NCBI GenBank assembly: GCA_903911145.1
Contig: CAIWCD010000048.1
Coordinates: 19,984-83,983, forward strand
DNA from: an uncultured delta proteobacterium
GTDB taxonomy: Bacteria; Myxococcota; Myxococcia; Myxococcales; 40CM-4-68-19
DNA: 64,000 bases
Direction of reading: 5' to 3'
This document shows, one piece after another, positions 27,162 through 44,445 of this stretch; the first letter of the stretch is position 1; each line of letters begins with the position of its first letter. The translations under genes were made by a program, and so were the position numbers. The notes beneath the pieces were generated by a model. That model searched no databases. It was not told the DNA's origin and saw only the letters and a list, made by a program, of their open reading frames with translations.

Positions 27162-27224
27162 TGGAAGGAGTCTAATGGAAATCGGCACGAGCGTAACGAT
27201 TAGAAATTCCGTTGCGGCGGCGGC

Positions 27225-27266
27225 GATTCAAATGAAACGGCAGGCTCGCGGATGATTCGCGAGCCT
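27225..27266 (-). terminator. Intrinsic terminator after the collagen-BNR gene
   Basis: Minus RNA is AGGCUCGCG-AAUCAUC-CGCGAGCCU, a 9-bp perfect stem. It is followed by GCCGUUUCAUUUGAAUC, 50 nt after the stop. Confidence 0.75.
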
Positions 27267-27315
27267 ACCGAGAGAAGATTCGTGCTGGTGAACCGAGGTT
27301 CGAGTTGGCCTGCCG

Positions 27316-29574
27316 TTAATATGGCGTGAAGCGCCCGTCGCTGTAGATGATGTTGAACAGCCCGCTGCCGACGTACTGCAACTCGATCGACGAGTAGCCA
27401 TTGCCGATCAGATATCCGGTGGTCGGCGTGGTCGTGTTCTGCGGCGTGCCCGTGGAGACGTAGCTGCCAGAGGCCGGCGCCGCGACAGCAGTGCCGTCGT
27501 AGGACGAGGCGATAGCGACCCAGTTCTTGGTGGAGCCGAGGCGATCCGATACCCACGTGGTGCCGAAGTCGACGGACGAGTAGAGATGATCGCCGAGGGC
27601 CGCGCCGAGGAGGAGCGTGCCATCGCCGGACATGCCGACGCTCCAGTAGAGCTGAGAACCGCTGGCGCTATCCGTCCAGGTCACGCCCGAGTTGGTTGAC
27701 GTGAAGATATCGCCGTGCAGCACTGAGGCCGCGAGGTGGGTCCCGTCGCTGGATCCGGCGATTGACCACCAGCGTTGTGCGCCGCTGCCGCTCGCCGTCC
27801 AGGTGACGCCCGAATCGCTCGAGACGTAGACTTGGCCGCTGGTGGTTCCATCGCCTGCGAGATTGGCCGCTGCCGCGAGCTTGGTTCCATCGTTCGACAT
27901 CGTGACGCCTGACCAGTACTGGCTGGTGGCCCGCTGCACCCACGTCGCGCCCGAGTTGCTCGAGGTGTAGATGTTGCCAGCGGCGCTCCCGCCGACGGTT
28001 GCCGCCAGGTGCGTTCCGTCAGCCGACGAAGCGATCGAGTTCCAGTAGAGCGAGCCCGCGTTGTTGGCATTGCTCCAGGTCACACCAGAGTCAGACGAGA
28101 TATAGATTCCGCCCAACTCCACGGTCGCGGCCAGCTTGGTCCCATCGCTGGACATCGCGATGGCCGACCAGAACTGCGCGCTCGCTCGCTGCGTCCAGGT
28201 CATCCCTGAGTCGGCCGAGGTGTAGATGTATCCACCGGTGCCGCTCCCCTGCTGGTCGATGGCAGCGAGGTGCGTTCCGTCCTTTGACGACGCGATGCCG
28301 GCCCAGTAGTGGACGCCGCTCCCAGACTGGGTGTTCCAAGTGATGCCAAGCCATCCCGTCGGGTACGGCAGGTCGGCAATGCGGATGGTCTCCGTTGTCC
28401 CCGACGCAGCCGGCGCGATCTTCCACCCGTGGGAATCTCCGCTGGAGACCCAGATGATGTCGCCGAGCTTGCTTTCATCCGCGACGGGCAGAGTGAGCGT
28501 CGTCTGCGCACCGCTCTGAATCATGTAGCCGGTGTTGTAGTTCGCGGTTGCCGTGGCTTGGTTGACGATCTGCCAGGAGAAGCCGACGCCCGTCGAACCA
28601 GTTGCTCCAGTCGCGCCGTTGTTGCCGGTTGCGCCCGTCGCGCCGTTGTTGCCGGTTGGGCCCGTCGCTCCATTGTTGCCGGTTGCGCCAGTCGCGCCGT
28701 TGCTTCCGGTTGCGCCGTTGCTTCCAGTTGCTCCAGTCGCGCCGTTGTTGCCGGTTACGCCAGTCGCGCCGTTGTTGCCGGTTGCGCCCGTCGCTCCATT
28801 GTTGCCTGTTACGCCTGTCGATCCCGTCGCGCCATTTGCTCCCGTCGCCCCAGTGGCACCGGTTGCACCCGAGCCCGTCGCTCCGGTGGCCCCATTCGCG
28901 CCAGTCGATCCCGTCGCGCCATTCGCTCCCGTCGCCCCAGTGGCACCGGTTGCACCCGAGCCCGTCGCTCCGGTGGCCCCATTCGCGCCAGTCGATCCCG
29001 TCGCACCAGTGTTCCCGGTTGCTCCAGTTGCTCCCGAGCCCGTCGCTCCGGTGGCCCCATTCGCGCCAGTCGATCCCGTCGCGCCATTCGCTCCCGTCGC
29101 GCCAGTGGCCCCGGTCGCGCCCGCGCCCGTTGCTCCGGTGGCACCATTCGCGCCCGTCGAACCCGTCGCGCCATTCGCTCCTGTCGCGCCAGTGGCCCCG
29201 GTCGCGCCCGCGCCCGTTGCTCCGGTGGCACCATTCGCGCCCGTCGAACCCGTTGCGCCGTTTGCTCCGGTCGCGCCGGTGGCTCCAGTCGCGCCGTTTG
29301 CTCCGGTCGCGCCGGTGGCTCCAGTCGCGCCCGCGCCCGTTGCGCCCGTGGCGCCGTTGTCACCGGTCGCTCCAGTCGCGCCTGCACCGGTGGCCCCAGT
29401 TGCGCCCGCGTCTCCCGTCGCGCCAGTCGCCCCGGCTGCTCCGCTCGCGCCATTCTCACCAGTTGCACCCGTCGCTCCAGTTGCACCGGTGGCGCCGGGC
29501 GCGCCCGCACCGCCTCCGCAGCCAGAGAGAATCAGTGCCAGAGCAGCGAGAGGAATCGTCAGTTTTGCGAGCAA
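27316..29574 (-). CDS. Collagen-like (309-aa Gly-X-Y region) lipoprotein with Asp-box (BNR) beta-propeller
   Basis: TTG start with a GGGGAG SD. Signal and lipobox are [19 protein letters not shown]. The Gly-X-Y region starts at the residue after Cys. The C-terminal part has six Asp-boxes ([16 protein letters not shown] twice, [24 protein letters not shown]) alternating with SxDGTxLAA strands. Confidence 0.85.
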   Translation of the reverse strand: MLAKLTIPLAALALILSGCGGGAGAPGATGATGATGATGENGASGAAGATGATGDAGATGATGAGATGATGDNGATGATGAGATGATGATGANGATGATGATGANGATGSTGANGATGATGAGATGATGATGANGATGSTGANGATGATGAGATGATGATGANGATGSTGANGATGATGSGATGATGNTGATGSTGANGATGATGSGATGATGATGANGATGSTGANGATGATGSGATGATGATGANGATGSTGVTGNNGATGATGNNGATGVTGNNGATGATGSNGATGSNGATGATGNNGATGPTGNNGATGATGNNGATGATGSTGVGFSWQIVNQATATANYNTGYMIQSGAQTTLTLPVADESKLGDIIWVSSGDSHGWKIAPAASGTTETIRIADLPYPTGWLGITWNTQSGSGVHYWAGIASSKDGTHLAAIDQQGSGTGGYIYTSADSGMTWTQRASAQFWSAIAMSSDGTKLAATVELGGIYISSDSGVTWSNANNAGSLYWNSIASSADGTHLAATVGGSAAGNIYTSSNSGATWVQRATSQYWSGVTMSNDGTKLAAAANLAGDGTTSGQVYVSSDSGVTWTASGSGAQRWWSIAGSSDGTHLAASVLHGDIFTSTNSGVTWTDSASGSQLYWSVGMSGDGTLLLGAALGDHLYSSVDFGTTWVSDRLGSTKNWVAIASSYDGTAVAAPASGSYVSTGTPQNTTTPTTGYLIGNGYSSIELQYVGSGLFNIIYSDGRFTPY
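28591..29517 (-). repeat. Gly-X-Y coding repeat (309 codons) containing an 87-bp tandem array at 28817..29329
   Basis: Unit starts (plus-strand gtcga) are at 28817, 28904, 28991, 29069, 29156 and 29243. That gives five 87-bp units and one 78-bp unit. Confidence 0.9.
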
Positions 29575-29684
29575 AGTGATCTCCCCAGATCAGTGAAAAC
29601 GAGGGCGGCACTGCAGGCCGAAGTAACCGGGTGCGAGTCAACTGAATTGATTCGAAACGTGCACGCGGCCGGGCAACGAGAGGC

Positions 29685-30293
29685 TCACGGGTGCAGCGTC
29701 TCTCCTCGCGCGAGCATCTCGACAAATTTCCCGATCCGCGCGAGCCGCGTCTGCGCACGTTTCGCCGTGTGCAGTCGAAAGAGAATCGCGTAGCGGTTCT
29801 GCGACGAGAGCGTTGCGAAGAACGCTGCGGCACGAGGATTGGCCTGGAGCGCAGCAGCGAGGTCGGGCGGGACTGTCGCGCGGCTCTGCGATTCGTACGC
29901 GCCATCCCAGCGACCATCGAGCTGCGCCCGCTCGACCTCGGCGAGCCCCGCCGGCTGCATCTCTCCTGCGGCGATCAGCGCGAGCGCCTTGTCCCGATTG
30001 ATGCGCGACCAGATGCTCCGCGGGCCGCGCCGCGTGAAGCGCTGCCGCCACCAGAGCGTATCCAGTGCGCGCTTCTGTCCATCGATCCATCCCCACGCGA
30101 GCGCGACGTCGAGAGCCTGCGCGTAGCTGATCGAGGACGTCGGCGACCCCTTCTTGGCGAACTTCAGCCAGAGGCCGCTCGACGAGGCGTGGTGCGTGGA
30201 GAGCCAGAGTTGCCACGCGGCGCGATCGGCAAACGCGATCGTCGGCAACTCATCGGGCTGCGCGGCGCTTGCCGGCTTCTTCTTCGCGGCCAT
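29685..30293 (-). CDS. YdeI/OmpD-associated family protein (DUF1801-type)
   Basis: [35 protein letters not shown]...[19 protein letters not shown]...[22 protein letters not shown] matches the YdeI family pattern. Confidence 0.75.
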   Translation of the reverse strand: MAAKKKPASAAQPDELPTIAFADRAAWQLWLSTHHASSSGLWLKFAKKGSPTSSISYAQALDVALAWGWIDGQKRALDTLWWRQRFTRRGPRSIWSRINRDKALALIAAGEMQPAGLAEVERAQLDGRWDGAYESQSRATVPPDLAAALQANPRAAAFFATLSSQNRYAILFRLHTAKRAQTRLARIGKFVEMLARGETLHP

Positions 30294-30331
30294 TTCGCCT
30301 CCTCAAGACATCTGCGGATCGCGGTGCTCCA

Positions 30332-30371
30332 GACAACAAAACGGGCGCCCCGATCTCTCGGCAGCGCCCGT
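30332..30371 (-). terminator. Intrinsic terminator after rpoC
   Basis: Minus RNA is ACGGGCGC..CCGA-GAGA-UCGG..GCGCCCGU, a long stem with a GAGA tetraloop. It is followed by UUUUGUUGU, 37 nt after the rpoC stop. Confidence 0.85.
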
Positions 30372-30407
30372 CTTGAACTGCTCTCTGCGAATTGCTTCGC
30401 GCGAGAA

Positions 30408-34613
<4,206 letters not shown>

Positions 34614-34712
34614 TGGGGCGCTCCGAAAATTTGGTTACCGAAAATTATCGATTCGATAAAAGCGGCTTGAGTGCGGATTGGGGCCCTTCCGGGCCCCTCG
34701 AACGCGTGGCTT

Positions 34713-38900
<4,188 letters not shown>

Positions 38901-39011
38901 TTAGCGACAGCTCCGGTTCGTTTCGCACTGCCCCAACTGCAGATCGGGAATCACTTCTAAGCGTGCTTCACTTCACGTCCCTCGAGCGGCTGCTCGAAAT
39001 TCAGGACGCCG

Positions 39012-39062
39012 AAGCGAAAACTCCGGCACCGGTGGATGCGCGAACGCGTCCACCGATGCCGG
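39012..39062 (-). terminator. rplL-rpoB attenuator/terminator hairpin
   Basis: Minus RNA is a 40-nt hairpin CCGGCAUCGGUGGACGCG-UUCG-CGCAUCCACCGGUGCCGG. It has a 14-bp lower stem, one C-A mismatch, 3 more bp and a UUCG loop. It is followed by AGUUUUCGCUUCGG and lies 30 nt after the rplL stop, where E. coli has a partial terminator. Confidence 0.7.
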
Positions 39063-39092
39063 CAAATTGCCGCGACGGTCGCGGCGGAACGA

Positions 39093-39476
39093 CTACTTCA
39101 GCTCCACCGTCGCGCCGGCCGCCTTGAGCAGCTCGGCAAACTTCGTCGCATCTTCCTTCGACAGGCCTTCCTTGACCGTCTTGGGCGCGCCCTCGACGAG
39201 ATCCTTGGCTTCCTTCAAGCCGAGGCCCGTGATGGTGCGGACTTCCTTGATGACGTTGATCTTCTTGTCACCGGCGTTGGCGAGAACGAGCGTGAACTCG
39301 GTCTTCTCCTCGGCCTTCGCGGCAGCCGCACCACCACCGGCCGCAGGAGCGGCGGCAGCAGCGACGGGAGCAGCGGCGGAAACGCCCCACTTGGTCTCCA
39401 GCATCTTCACGAGCTCGGCCGCCTGGAGGACGGTGAGGGAGCTCAGGGACTCGGCGATCTGGTTCAGGTCAGACAT
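39093..39476 (-). CDS. rplL: 50S ribosomal protein L7/L12
   Basis: Ala-rich hinge plus [28 protein letters not shown]. Confidence 0.97.
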   Translation of the reverse strand: MSDLNQIAESLSSLTVLQAAELVKMLETKWGVSAAAPVAAAAAPAAGGGAAAAKAEEKTEFTLVLANAGDKKINVIKEVRTITGLGLKEAKDLVEGAPKTVKEGLSKEDATKFAELLKAAGATVELK

Positions 39477-39566
39477 TGTTGCTTCCTTGAGAATGGCGTT
39501 CCGGTAAGAACGCGAAAGTTGATTTCACTGCGACTGGCATCAGACTCGGGGTGCGGACGTTCAGAA

Positions 39567-40085
39567 CTACGCGGCCTTCTCGGCGTGAGCCTTGATGACC
39601 TGCGCGATCTGGCTGCCCGGCGTGTTGAGCAAGCGAACCAGCGACGAAGCCGGAGAGTTGATCATTCCTGCGATCATCCCTCTGAGTTCGTGCAAGCCCG
39701 GCAAGCTGGCGAGCGCCTTCAGTCCGGCTGCATCGACCAGGTTTCCCTGAACGATACCTGCCTTGACCGTCATCTTCTCGCCCTGATCCTTCAAGATGTC
39801 CTGAAGGAGCTTCGCCGGGGCGACAACATCGCCGTACCCGATGATGATTGCGGAGGGACCCGTGAGCTTATCCGCGAACTTCTCGGCGGGGGTTCCCTTC
39901 GCTGCGAGCTTTGCCAGGGTGTTCTTGACGACCTTGTAGTCCACCTTGCCGTCGCGGAATGTCTTCCGCAGCTTCACGGTGGCCTCGGCGTCGATGTCCT
40001 TGTACGCAACCGCCACGGCAAAATCTGCCTTGGCAAGCTTCGTGTGAAGGGCATTCACCATTTCTTGTTTCTCGTTGCGCTGCAT
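39567..40085 (-). CDS. rplJ: 50S ribosomal protein L10
   Basis: KQEMVNALHTKLAKADFAVAVAYKDIDAEATVKLRKTFR...YKVVKNTLAKLA is L10. Upstream of rplL. Confidence 0.95.
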   Translation of the reverse strand: MQRNEKQEMVNALHTKLAKADFAVAVAYKDIDAEATVKLRKTFRDGKVDYKVVKNTLAKLAAKGTPAEKFADKLTGPSAIIIGYGDVVAPAKLLQDILKDQGEKMTVKAGIVQGNLVDAAGLKALASLPGLHELRGMIAGMINSPASSLVRLLNTPGSQIAQVIKAHAEKAA

Positions 40086-40351
40086 GACCTCACCTCCCTT
40101 CCTGCGCGTGATCTTGGTTCGGTCACGCAGCGCAAGCTGCGGTGATGAACCCCTGGCCCAGCTCTACGCTGCAGATCTCTCTGCAGCTGTCTCGGCAGGC
40201 TTGCCGTTTGAGGCCCGCTGCTTCCGGACCGCCTGCTGTCTGTGACCAGTCTTGCTGTGAAAAGTGGAACTCTGAGATCCGGATCTCAGACTCTTGAATC
40301 TCTGAGATCTCAGACTGAGATCTCAGAGTCCTCAAGTCAGACCTCCAGACC
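40086..40351 (-). promoter_or_regulatory. rplJ 5' leader / rplA-rplJ spacer (266 nt) with structured elements
   Basis: Contains GCUGCAGA-GAGA-UCUGCAGC, an 8-bp stem with a GNRA-type loop from plus 40170..40189. It also contains a cluster of CTGAGA/TCTCAG palindromes at 40271..40328. In other bacteria L10(L12)4 autoregulates via this leader. The structural assignment here is not verified. Confidence 0.4.
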
Positions 40352-41053
40352 CTACTTGTAGTTGCTCGCGATGGCGGCCGCGTCGAGGCGGATGCCAGGG
40401 CCCATCGTGGTGCTGATGGAGACGCCCTTGAGGTAGACGCCCTTGGCCGTCGCCGGCTTCGCCTTGAAGATCACTTCGATCAGGGCGGTGACGTTGTCCT
40501 GGAGCTTCTTTGCGTCGAACGAGGCCTTGCCAATCGGCGCGTGGACGATTCCGGCCTTCTCGGCGCGGAACTCGACCTTACCGGCCTTCGACTCACGGAC
40601 GGCGCGCGCGACGTCTGCCGTCACCGTTCCGACCTTGGGGTTCGGCATCAGGCCGCGCGGTCCGAGGACCTTACCGAGGCGACCGACGACACCCATCATG
40701 TCCGGCGTCGCGATGGCGACGTCGAAGTCGAGGTAGCCCTCTGCGACCTTGGCCGCGAGCTCTTCGGCGCCGACGATGTCCGCGCCTGCTGCCTCGGCCT
40801 CCTTCGCCTTCTCGCCCTTCGCGAAGACCGCGACGCGAACCGACTTGCCGATGCCGTGCGGGAGAACGACCGCGCCGCGAACCATCTGGTCCGCGTGCTT
40901 CGGGTCGACGCCGAGGCGGATCGAGACGTCAACGGTCTCGTCGAACTTCTTCTTCGCCGTCTTGCCGACCAGCGCGCACGCCTCTTCGATGGTGTAGCGC
41001 TTGTTCGCGTCGACTGCCTTCTGCGCGTCGATGTACTTCTTGCCGTGTGCCAT
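40352..41053 (-). CDS. rplA: 50S ribosomal protein L1
   Basis: [15 protein letters not shown]...[24 protein letters not shown] is L1. Confidence 0.97.
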   Translation of the reverse strand: MAHGKKYIDAQKAVDANKRYTIEEACALVGKTAKKKFDETVDVSIRLGVDPKHADQMVRGAVVLPHGIGKSVRVAVFAKGEKAKEAEAAGADIVGAEELAAKVAEGYLDFDVAIATPDMMGVVGRLGKVLGPRGLMPNPKVGTVTADVARAVRESKAGKVEFRAEKAGIVHAPIGKASFDAKKLQDNVTALIEVIFKAKPATAKGVYLKGVSISTTMGPGIRLDAAAIASNYK

Positions 41054-41092
41054 GTTCGTAATCCTCAGTCTTGAAAAAGGTAGGAAGCGGGA

Positions 41093-41539
41093 CTAGCCGA
41101 CGATGTCGACGCCCATGCTGCGAGCCGTGCCCATGATCGAGTTCATGGCTGCCTCGAGAGTGCCGGCAGTCATGTCGCTCATCTTCTGCTTCGCGATGGC
41201 CTCGACCTGCTTCTTGGTCAGCGAGCCGACCTTTTCCTTGCCCGGCTTGTGTGCGCCCGAGCCCTTCTTCTTATCGGTGTGCAGACCGAGCGCCTTCTTG
41301 ATGAGGACGGCGGCCGGCGGAGTCTTGAGGATGAACGAGAAGGTGCGGTCGGAGTAGATCGTGATCAACACAGGGATGATCAGGTTCTCCTTCGCGGCGG
41401 CCTGGGTCTGCGCGTTGAACTCCTTGCAGAAGCCCATGATGTTCACGCCGTGCTGGCCGAGCGCGGGGCCGACCGGCGGCGACGGGTTGGCCTTGCCGGC
41501 GGGGAGCTGCAGCTTCACGAGCCCAGTGATCTTCTTCAT
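41093..41539 (-). CDS. rplK: 50S ribosomal protein L11
   Basis: [33 protein letters not shown] is L11. Confidence 0.97.
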   Translation of the reverse strand: MKKITGLVKLQLPAGKANPSPPVGPALGQHGVNIMGFCKEFNAQTQAAAKENLIIPVLITIYSDRTFSFILKTPPAAVLIKKALGLHTDKKKGSGAHKPGKEKVGSLTKKQVEAIAKQKMSDMTAGTLEAAMNSIMGTARSMGVDIVG

Positions 41540-41680
41540 GTCCGTCTCTTCCTTCGTCTGTGGTCAGCGGTCGCGGTATGCGACCTCCCACGGGTGGAAC
41601 TGCAAAAGCGCTCTGATGCAACGGGGGCGCGGCTTCTGCCGCACCCGACGCAAAATGTCAAGCGGACGAGTGGAGTCCTC

Positions 41681-42280
41681 TTAAGTCTTCTCGACCTGCA
41701 TGAAGTCGAGCTCGACCGGCGTGGCGCGCCCGAAGATGCTCACCAGCACGCGAACGCGGCCCTTGTCGGGGTTCACTTCCTCGACGGTGCCGTTGAAATT
41801 CGAGAAGGGTCCGTCGACGACGCGGACGTTGTCGCCGGTCTCGAACTCAACCTTCGGCTTCGGCTTGAGGGCGCCCTCGGAGAGCTGCGTCGTGAGGCGA
41901 GCAATCTCCGCCTCGCTGACGGGGAACGGCTGCTGCACGTCGCCACCGATGAAGCCGGTCACCTTGGGCGTGTTCTTCACCAGGTGCATCGCGCGCATCG
42001 AGTTCGGCTCGTCCTTATGCAGCTCGCGGATCTGGACGAGGATGTAGCCAGGGAAGAACTTGCGCTTGGAGGCGCGCTTCTCTCCCTTGACCATCTCGAC
42101 GACGTTCTCCATCGGGATGAGGATGTCGCCAAAGAGGTCTTCGAGCGCGTGCTGCTTGATGCGCTCCTCGAGCGACTTCTTCGCCTTGTTTTCAAAGCCC
42201 GAGTAGGTGTGGACGACGTACCACTTCTTCTTCACGGGCTGGCTCTCGCTGGTCATCGCGGCTTCCATGGAGGGATCCAA
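41681..42280 (-). CDS. nusG: Transcription termination/antitermination factor NusG
   Basis: [25 protein letters not shown] (NGN domain) and [21 protein letters not shown] (KOW). The start may be one of three in-frame Met (residues 1, 5, 9). Confidence 0.93.
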   Translation of the reverse strand: MDPSMEAAMTSESQPVKKKWYVVHTYSGFENKAKKSLEERIKQHALEDLFGDILIPMENVVEMVKGEKRASKRKFFPGYILVQIRELHKDEPNSMRAMHLVKNTPKVTGFIGGDVQQPFPVSEAEIARLTTQLSEGALKPKPKVEFETGDNVRVVDGPFSNFNGTVEEVNPDKGRVRVLVSIFGRATPVELDFMQVEKT

Positions 42281-42281
42281 C

Positions 42282-42701
42282 CTAAAGAGTCGGGTTCTGG
42301 ATCTTGTCGGTGAGGAACTGCCAGAACACGTCGAAGAGGCCGAGCAGGCAGGCGGCGATCAGGCTGGCAACGATCACGGCGATCGTCGCGGCGCGGGTCT
42401 CCTCGATCGAGGGCCAGCTGACCTTGCGCAGCTCTGCGGCGATCTCTTCCGAGAACGTGCGGGCGGCGACGTTGTTGTAGGCGTAGGCGAAGGCCGCGGC
42501 AGAGAGCGCGAGGCCGATGATCGTCGCCCAGGAGAAATCCTTCGGCTCGCCCGGACCGAGCGGCAGCGCGAACATCGTCGTCGTCAGCGGCTGCGTCGAG
42601 GAGAACACACCGAACGCAGAGAGCAGCACGTGCTCGAGGAAGAAGCCCGCGAGCAGCCCGAAGATGACATACGCAACTGTGACCATTCTGGAGTTCGTCA
42701 T
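42282..42701 (-). CDS. secE: Preprotein translocase subunit SecE (three-TM form)
   Basis: C-terminal ELRKVSWPSIEETRAATIAVIVASLIAACLLGLFDVFWQ is the SecE signature. The ORF-track start 42761 would abut tRNA-Trp, so ATG 42701 (MTNSRMVTVAYVIFGLL) is preferred. Confidence 0.85.
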   Translation of the reverse strand: MTNSRMVTVAYVIFGLLAGFFLEHVLLSAFGVFSSTQPLTTTMFALPLGPGEPKDFSWATIIGLALSAAAFAYAYNNVAARTFSEEIAAELRKVSWPSIEETRAATIAVIVASLIAACLLGLFDVFWQFLTDKIQNPTL

Positions 42702-42780
42702 CGGACAAGCCCGAAGCGCAAAGCCCTGCGACAGCCTTGCGCCACCCTTTCCCAGCCTCAAACAACCGTGGAACTACGAA

Positions 42781-42857
42781 TGGCAGGCCAGCCAGGACTC
42801 GAACCTGGAACATGCGGTTTTGGAGACCGCCGCTCTACCATTGGAGCTACTGGCCTG
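42781..42857 (-). tRNA. tRNA-Trp (anticodon CCA)
   Basis: Reverse complement CAGGCCAGTAGCTCCAATGGTAGAGCGGCGGTCTCCAAAACCGCATGTTCCAGGTTCGAGTCCTGGCTGGCCTGCCA. Acceptor CAGGCCA/TGGCCTG, anticodon stem GCGGT/ACCGC, loop CTCCAAA, T-loop TTCGAGT, encoded CCA. Confidence 0.93.
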
Positions 42858-42887
42858 TACCTGCGCCGCCCGTACGACAGAGGAGGC

Positions 42888-43040
42888 CTACTTCGTCTCC
42901 TTGTGCGCCGTGTGCTTCCGGCAGCGCGGGCAAAACTTGGGCAGCTCCAGCTTGTCAGGCATGGTCCGCTTGTTCTTCGTGGTCGTGTAGTTGCGCTCTT
43001 TGCACTCGGTGCACTCAAGCGTGATGATCGTCCGGTTCAT
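42888..43040 (-). CDS. rpmG: 50S ribosomal protein L33 (zinc-binding form)
   Basis: Below the ORF-track size cut-off. My translation is [50 protein letters not shown] (50 aa, two CxxC pairs). Classic position upstream of secE-nusG. Confidence 0.93.
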   Translation of the reverse strand: MNRTIITLECTECKERNYTTTKNKRTMPDKLELPKFCPRCRKHTAHKETK

Positions 43041-43090
43041 CTTTATCCCTCGGTCTTGCTTCGCCGGACTGCGTGGTGCCGGCTAAGTTT

Positions 43091-43166
43091 TGGAGCCCAC
43101 AACCTGGATTGAACAGGTGACCTCGTCCTTACCAAGGACGTGCTCTGCCAACTGAGCTATGTGGGC
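43091..43166 (-). tRNA. tRNA-Thr (anticodon GGT)
   Basis: Reverse complement GCCCACATAGCTCAGTTGGCAGAGCACGTCCTTGGTAAGGACGAGGTCACCTGTTCAATCCAGGTTGTGGGCTCCA. Acceptor GCCCACA/TGTGGGC, anticodon loop TTGGTAA. Confidence 0.93.
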
Positions 43167-43217
43167 GGTCTGTCGTCTTCTCGTCTCAAGTCGTTTCGAA
43201 CTCACTGCCTTGCAAGT

Positions 43218-43293
43218 TGGAGCGGGAAACGGGATTCGAACCCGTGACATTCAGCTTGGAAGGCTGAAGCTCTACCAGCTGAGCTATTCCCGC
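43218..43293 (-). tRNA. tRNA-Gly (anticodon TCC)
   Basis: Reverse complement GCGGGAATAGCTCAGCTGGTAGAGCTTCAGCCTTCCAAGCTGAATGTCACGGGTTCGAATCCCGTTTCCCGCTCCA. Anticodon stem TCAGC/GCTGA, loop CTTCCAA. Confidence 0.93.
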
Positions 43294-43321
43294 GAGTTCT
43301 CAAAGAGTCGTGCAGCGCCAG

Positions 43322-43408
<87 letters not shown>

Positions 43409-43464
43409 TGAAGAACACTTGGCGTTGCTCGTTCTGCCTCCGTCTGGCTGGCCTTCTCAAGTCT

Positions 43465-43540
43465 TGGAGCTGGCGGCGAGAATCGAACTCGCGACCTTCC
43501 GCTTACAAGGCGGGTGCTCTGCCAACTGAGCTACACCAGC
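43465..43540 (-). tRNA. tRNA-Thr (anticodon TGT)
   Basis: Reverse complement GCTGGTGTAGCTCAGTTGGCAGAGCACCCGCCTTGTAAGCGGAAGGTCGCGAGTTCGATTCTCGCCGCCAGCTCCA. Anticodon loop CTTGTAA, T-arm GCGAG/CTCGC. Confidence 0.9.
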
Positions 43541-43604
43541 ATAAGTTGTTTGAGTTGCTAAGTTTTTACGTTGTCAAGGGGCCACGGGAGCGTGGGGGAC
43601 GGAG

Positions 43605-43633
43605 TTTCTAGAGGAAGTCGCGCAGGATGTCAA
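43605..43633 (-). promoter_or_regulatory. Candidate promoter of the tRNA-rpmG-secE-nusG unit (TTGACA-N17-TAGAAA)
   Basis: Minus strand reads GGCTTGACA TCCTGCGCGACTTCCTC TAGAAA, about 65 nt upstream of tRNA-Thr(TGT). A second TTGACA at 43572..43577 lacks a recognisable -10. Confidence 0.4.
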
Positions 43634-43701
43634 GCCCACTGCGGACGAAAGTTTGCAGGCCGGCTTGACACGAGGCGCGAGCGACGGGGTGGTCATGGCA
43701 T

Positions 43702-44442
43702 CTATCCCCTCTGTCGGACCACTTCGTAGAGCGCGATCGCGCCGGCCGCGGAGACGTTGAGCGAGCCGAGGTTGCCAGCCATCGGGATGCGCGCGACATG
43801 GTCGCAGTGTTCGCGGACCAGCTTGCGCACTCCGCTTCCTTCGCTGCCCATCACGAGCGCGATCGGGCTGGTCAGGTCGATCTCGGAGAGCTCGCGATCT
43901 CCCTCGGCGGCGAGCGCGACGGTCCAGACGCCCGCCTCTTTCAGCTCATCGACGGCGCGGGAGAGGTTGGTGACGCGAGCGATCGGGCAGTGCTCGAGCG
44001 CGCCGGCAGCGGCCTTGCTCGCGGCAGGAGTCATCCCGGCCGAGCGGTCCTTGGGCAGCACGACGCCATCCGCACCGAGAGCATAGGCCGAGCGAACGAG
44101 CGCGCCGAGATTCTGTGGATCGGTCACGCCATCGAGGAGCAGGAGGAACGCGGGACGGCCTGCGTTCTTCGCAGCATCGATGAGATCGGGAAGCTCGGCA
44201 TATGCGAGATCGTTCAACTCCGCGCCGACTCCCTGGTGCACCCCGCCCTGCGTGCGCCGAGTGAGATCGCCGAACGGTGCGTCCTCGACGCGCACGCCGA
44301 GGAGCTTCGCCGCCTCGGCGATCTTGTCACCACCCGCCGACCGGCGCCCATCGCGGCCGCGCTCGATCAGCACGCGCTTGATGTCGCCCGGGTGGGCCCG
44401 CAGCGCTTCGATGACAGGGTTTGTTCCGTAGAGGAAACGCAT
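43702..44442 (-). CDS. rlmB: 23S rRNA (guanosine-2'-O-)-methyltransferase RlmB (SpoU/TrmH family)
   Basis: MRFLYGTNPVIEAL (substrate-binding N-domain), LLLDGVTDPQNLGALVRSA, ALVMGSEGSGVR and IPMAGNLGSLNVSAAGAIALYE (SPOUT knot motifs). Confidence 0.85.
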   Translation of the reverse strand: MRFLYGTNPVIEALRAHPGDIKRVLIERGRDGRRSAGGDKIAEAAKLLGVRVEDAPFGDLTRRTQGGVHQGVGAELNDLAYAELPDLIDAAKNAGRPAFLLLLDGVTDPQNLGALVRSAYALGADGVVLPKDRSAGMTPAASKAAAGALEHCPIARVTNLSRAVDELKEAGVWTVALAAEGDRELSEIDLTSPIALVMGSEGSGVRKLVREHCDHVARIPMAGNLGSLNVSAAGAIALYEVVRQRG

Positions 44443-44445
44443 CGG

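Noticed and set aside
28817-29329. Regular 87-bp and 297-bp (54433..55902) tandem repeats considered as possible CRISPR arrays or satellite DNA
   Set aside because: There are no unique spacers between units. The repeats are in frame within long ORFs and translate into coherent protein repeats. No cas genes are present.
28553-29596. Pro/Val/Ala-rich ORFs ([11 protein letters not shown]...) and PPEPPALPPAEPP-type ORFs (for example 22505..23695, 20145..20444, 55820..56149, 16976..17590)
   Set aside because: They are reverse-complement readings of Gly-X-Y and GGS coding repeats. The sense frames carry signal peptides and fold-forming C-terminal domains, whereas these frames do not.
40123-40335. 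70-aa minus-strand ORF (MRTLRSQSEISEIQESEIRISEF...) in the rplA-rplJ spacer
   Set aside because: Its odd peptide simply reflects the CTGAGATCTCAG palindromes. It has no SD and lies within a known non-coding leader position.
41657-41662. Perfect TTGACA in the nusG-rplK spacer as an rplKA promoter
   Set aside because: The best -10 at 17-nt spacing is CAGAAG, with no T at position 1 or 6. That is not enough to call a promoter. The spacer may instead be an L1-binding leader, which I cannot verify by eye.
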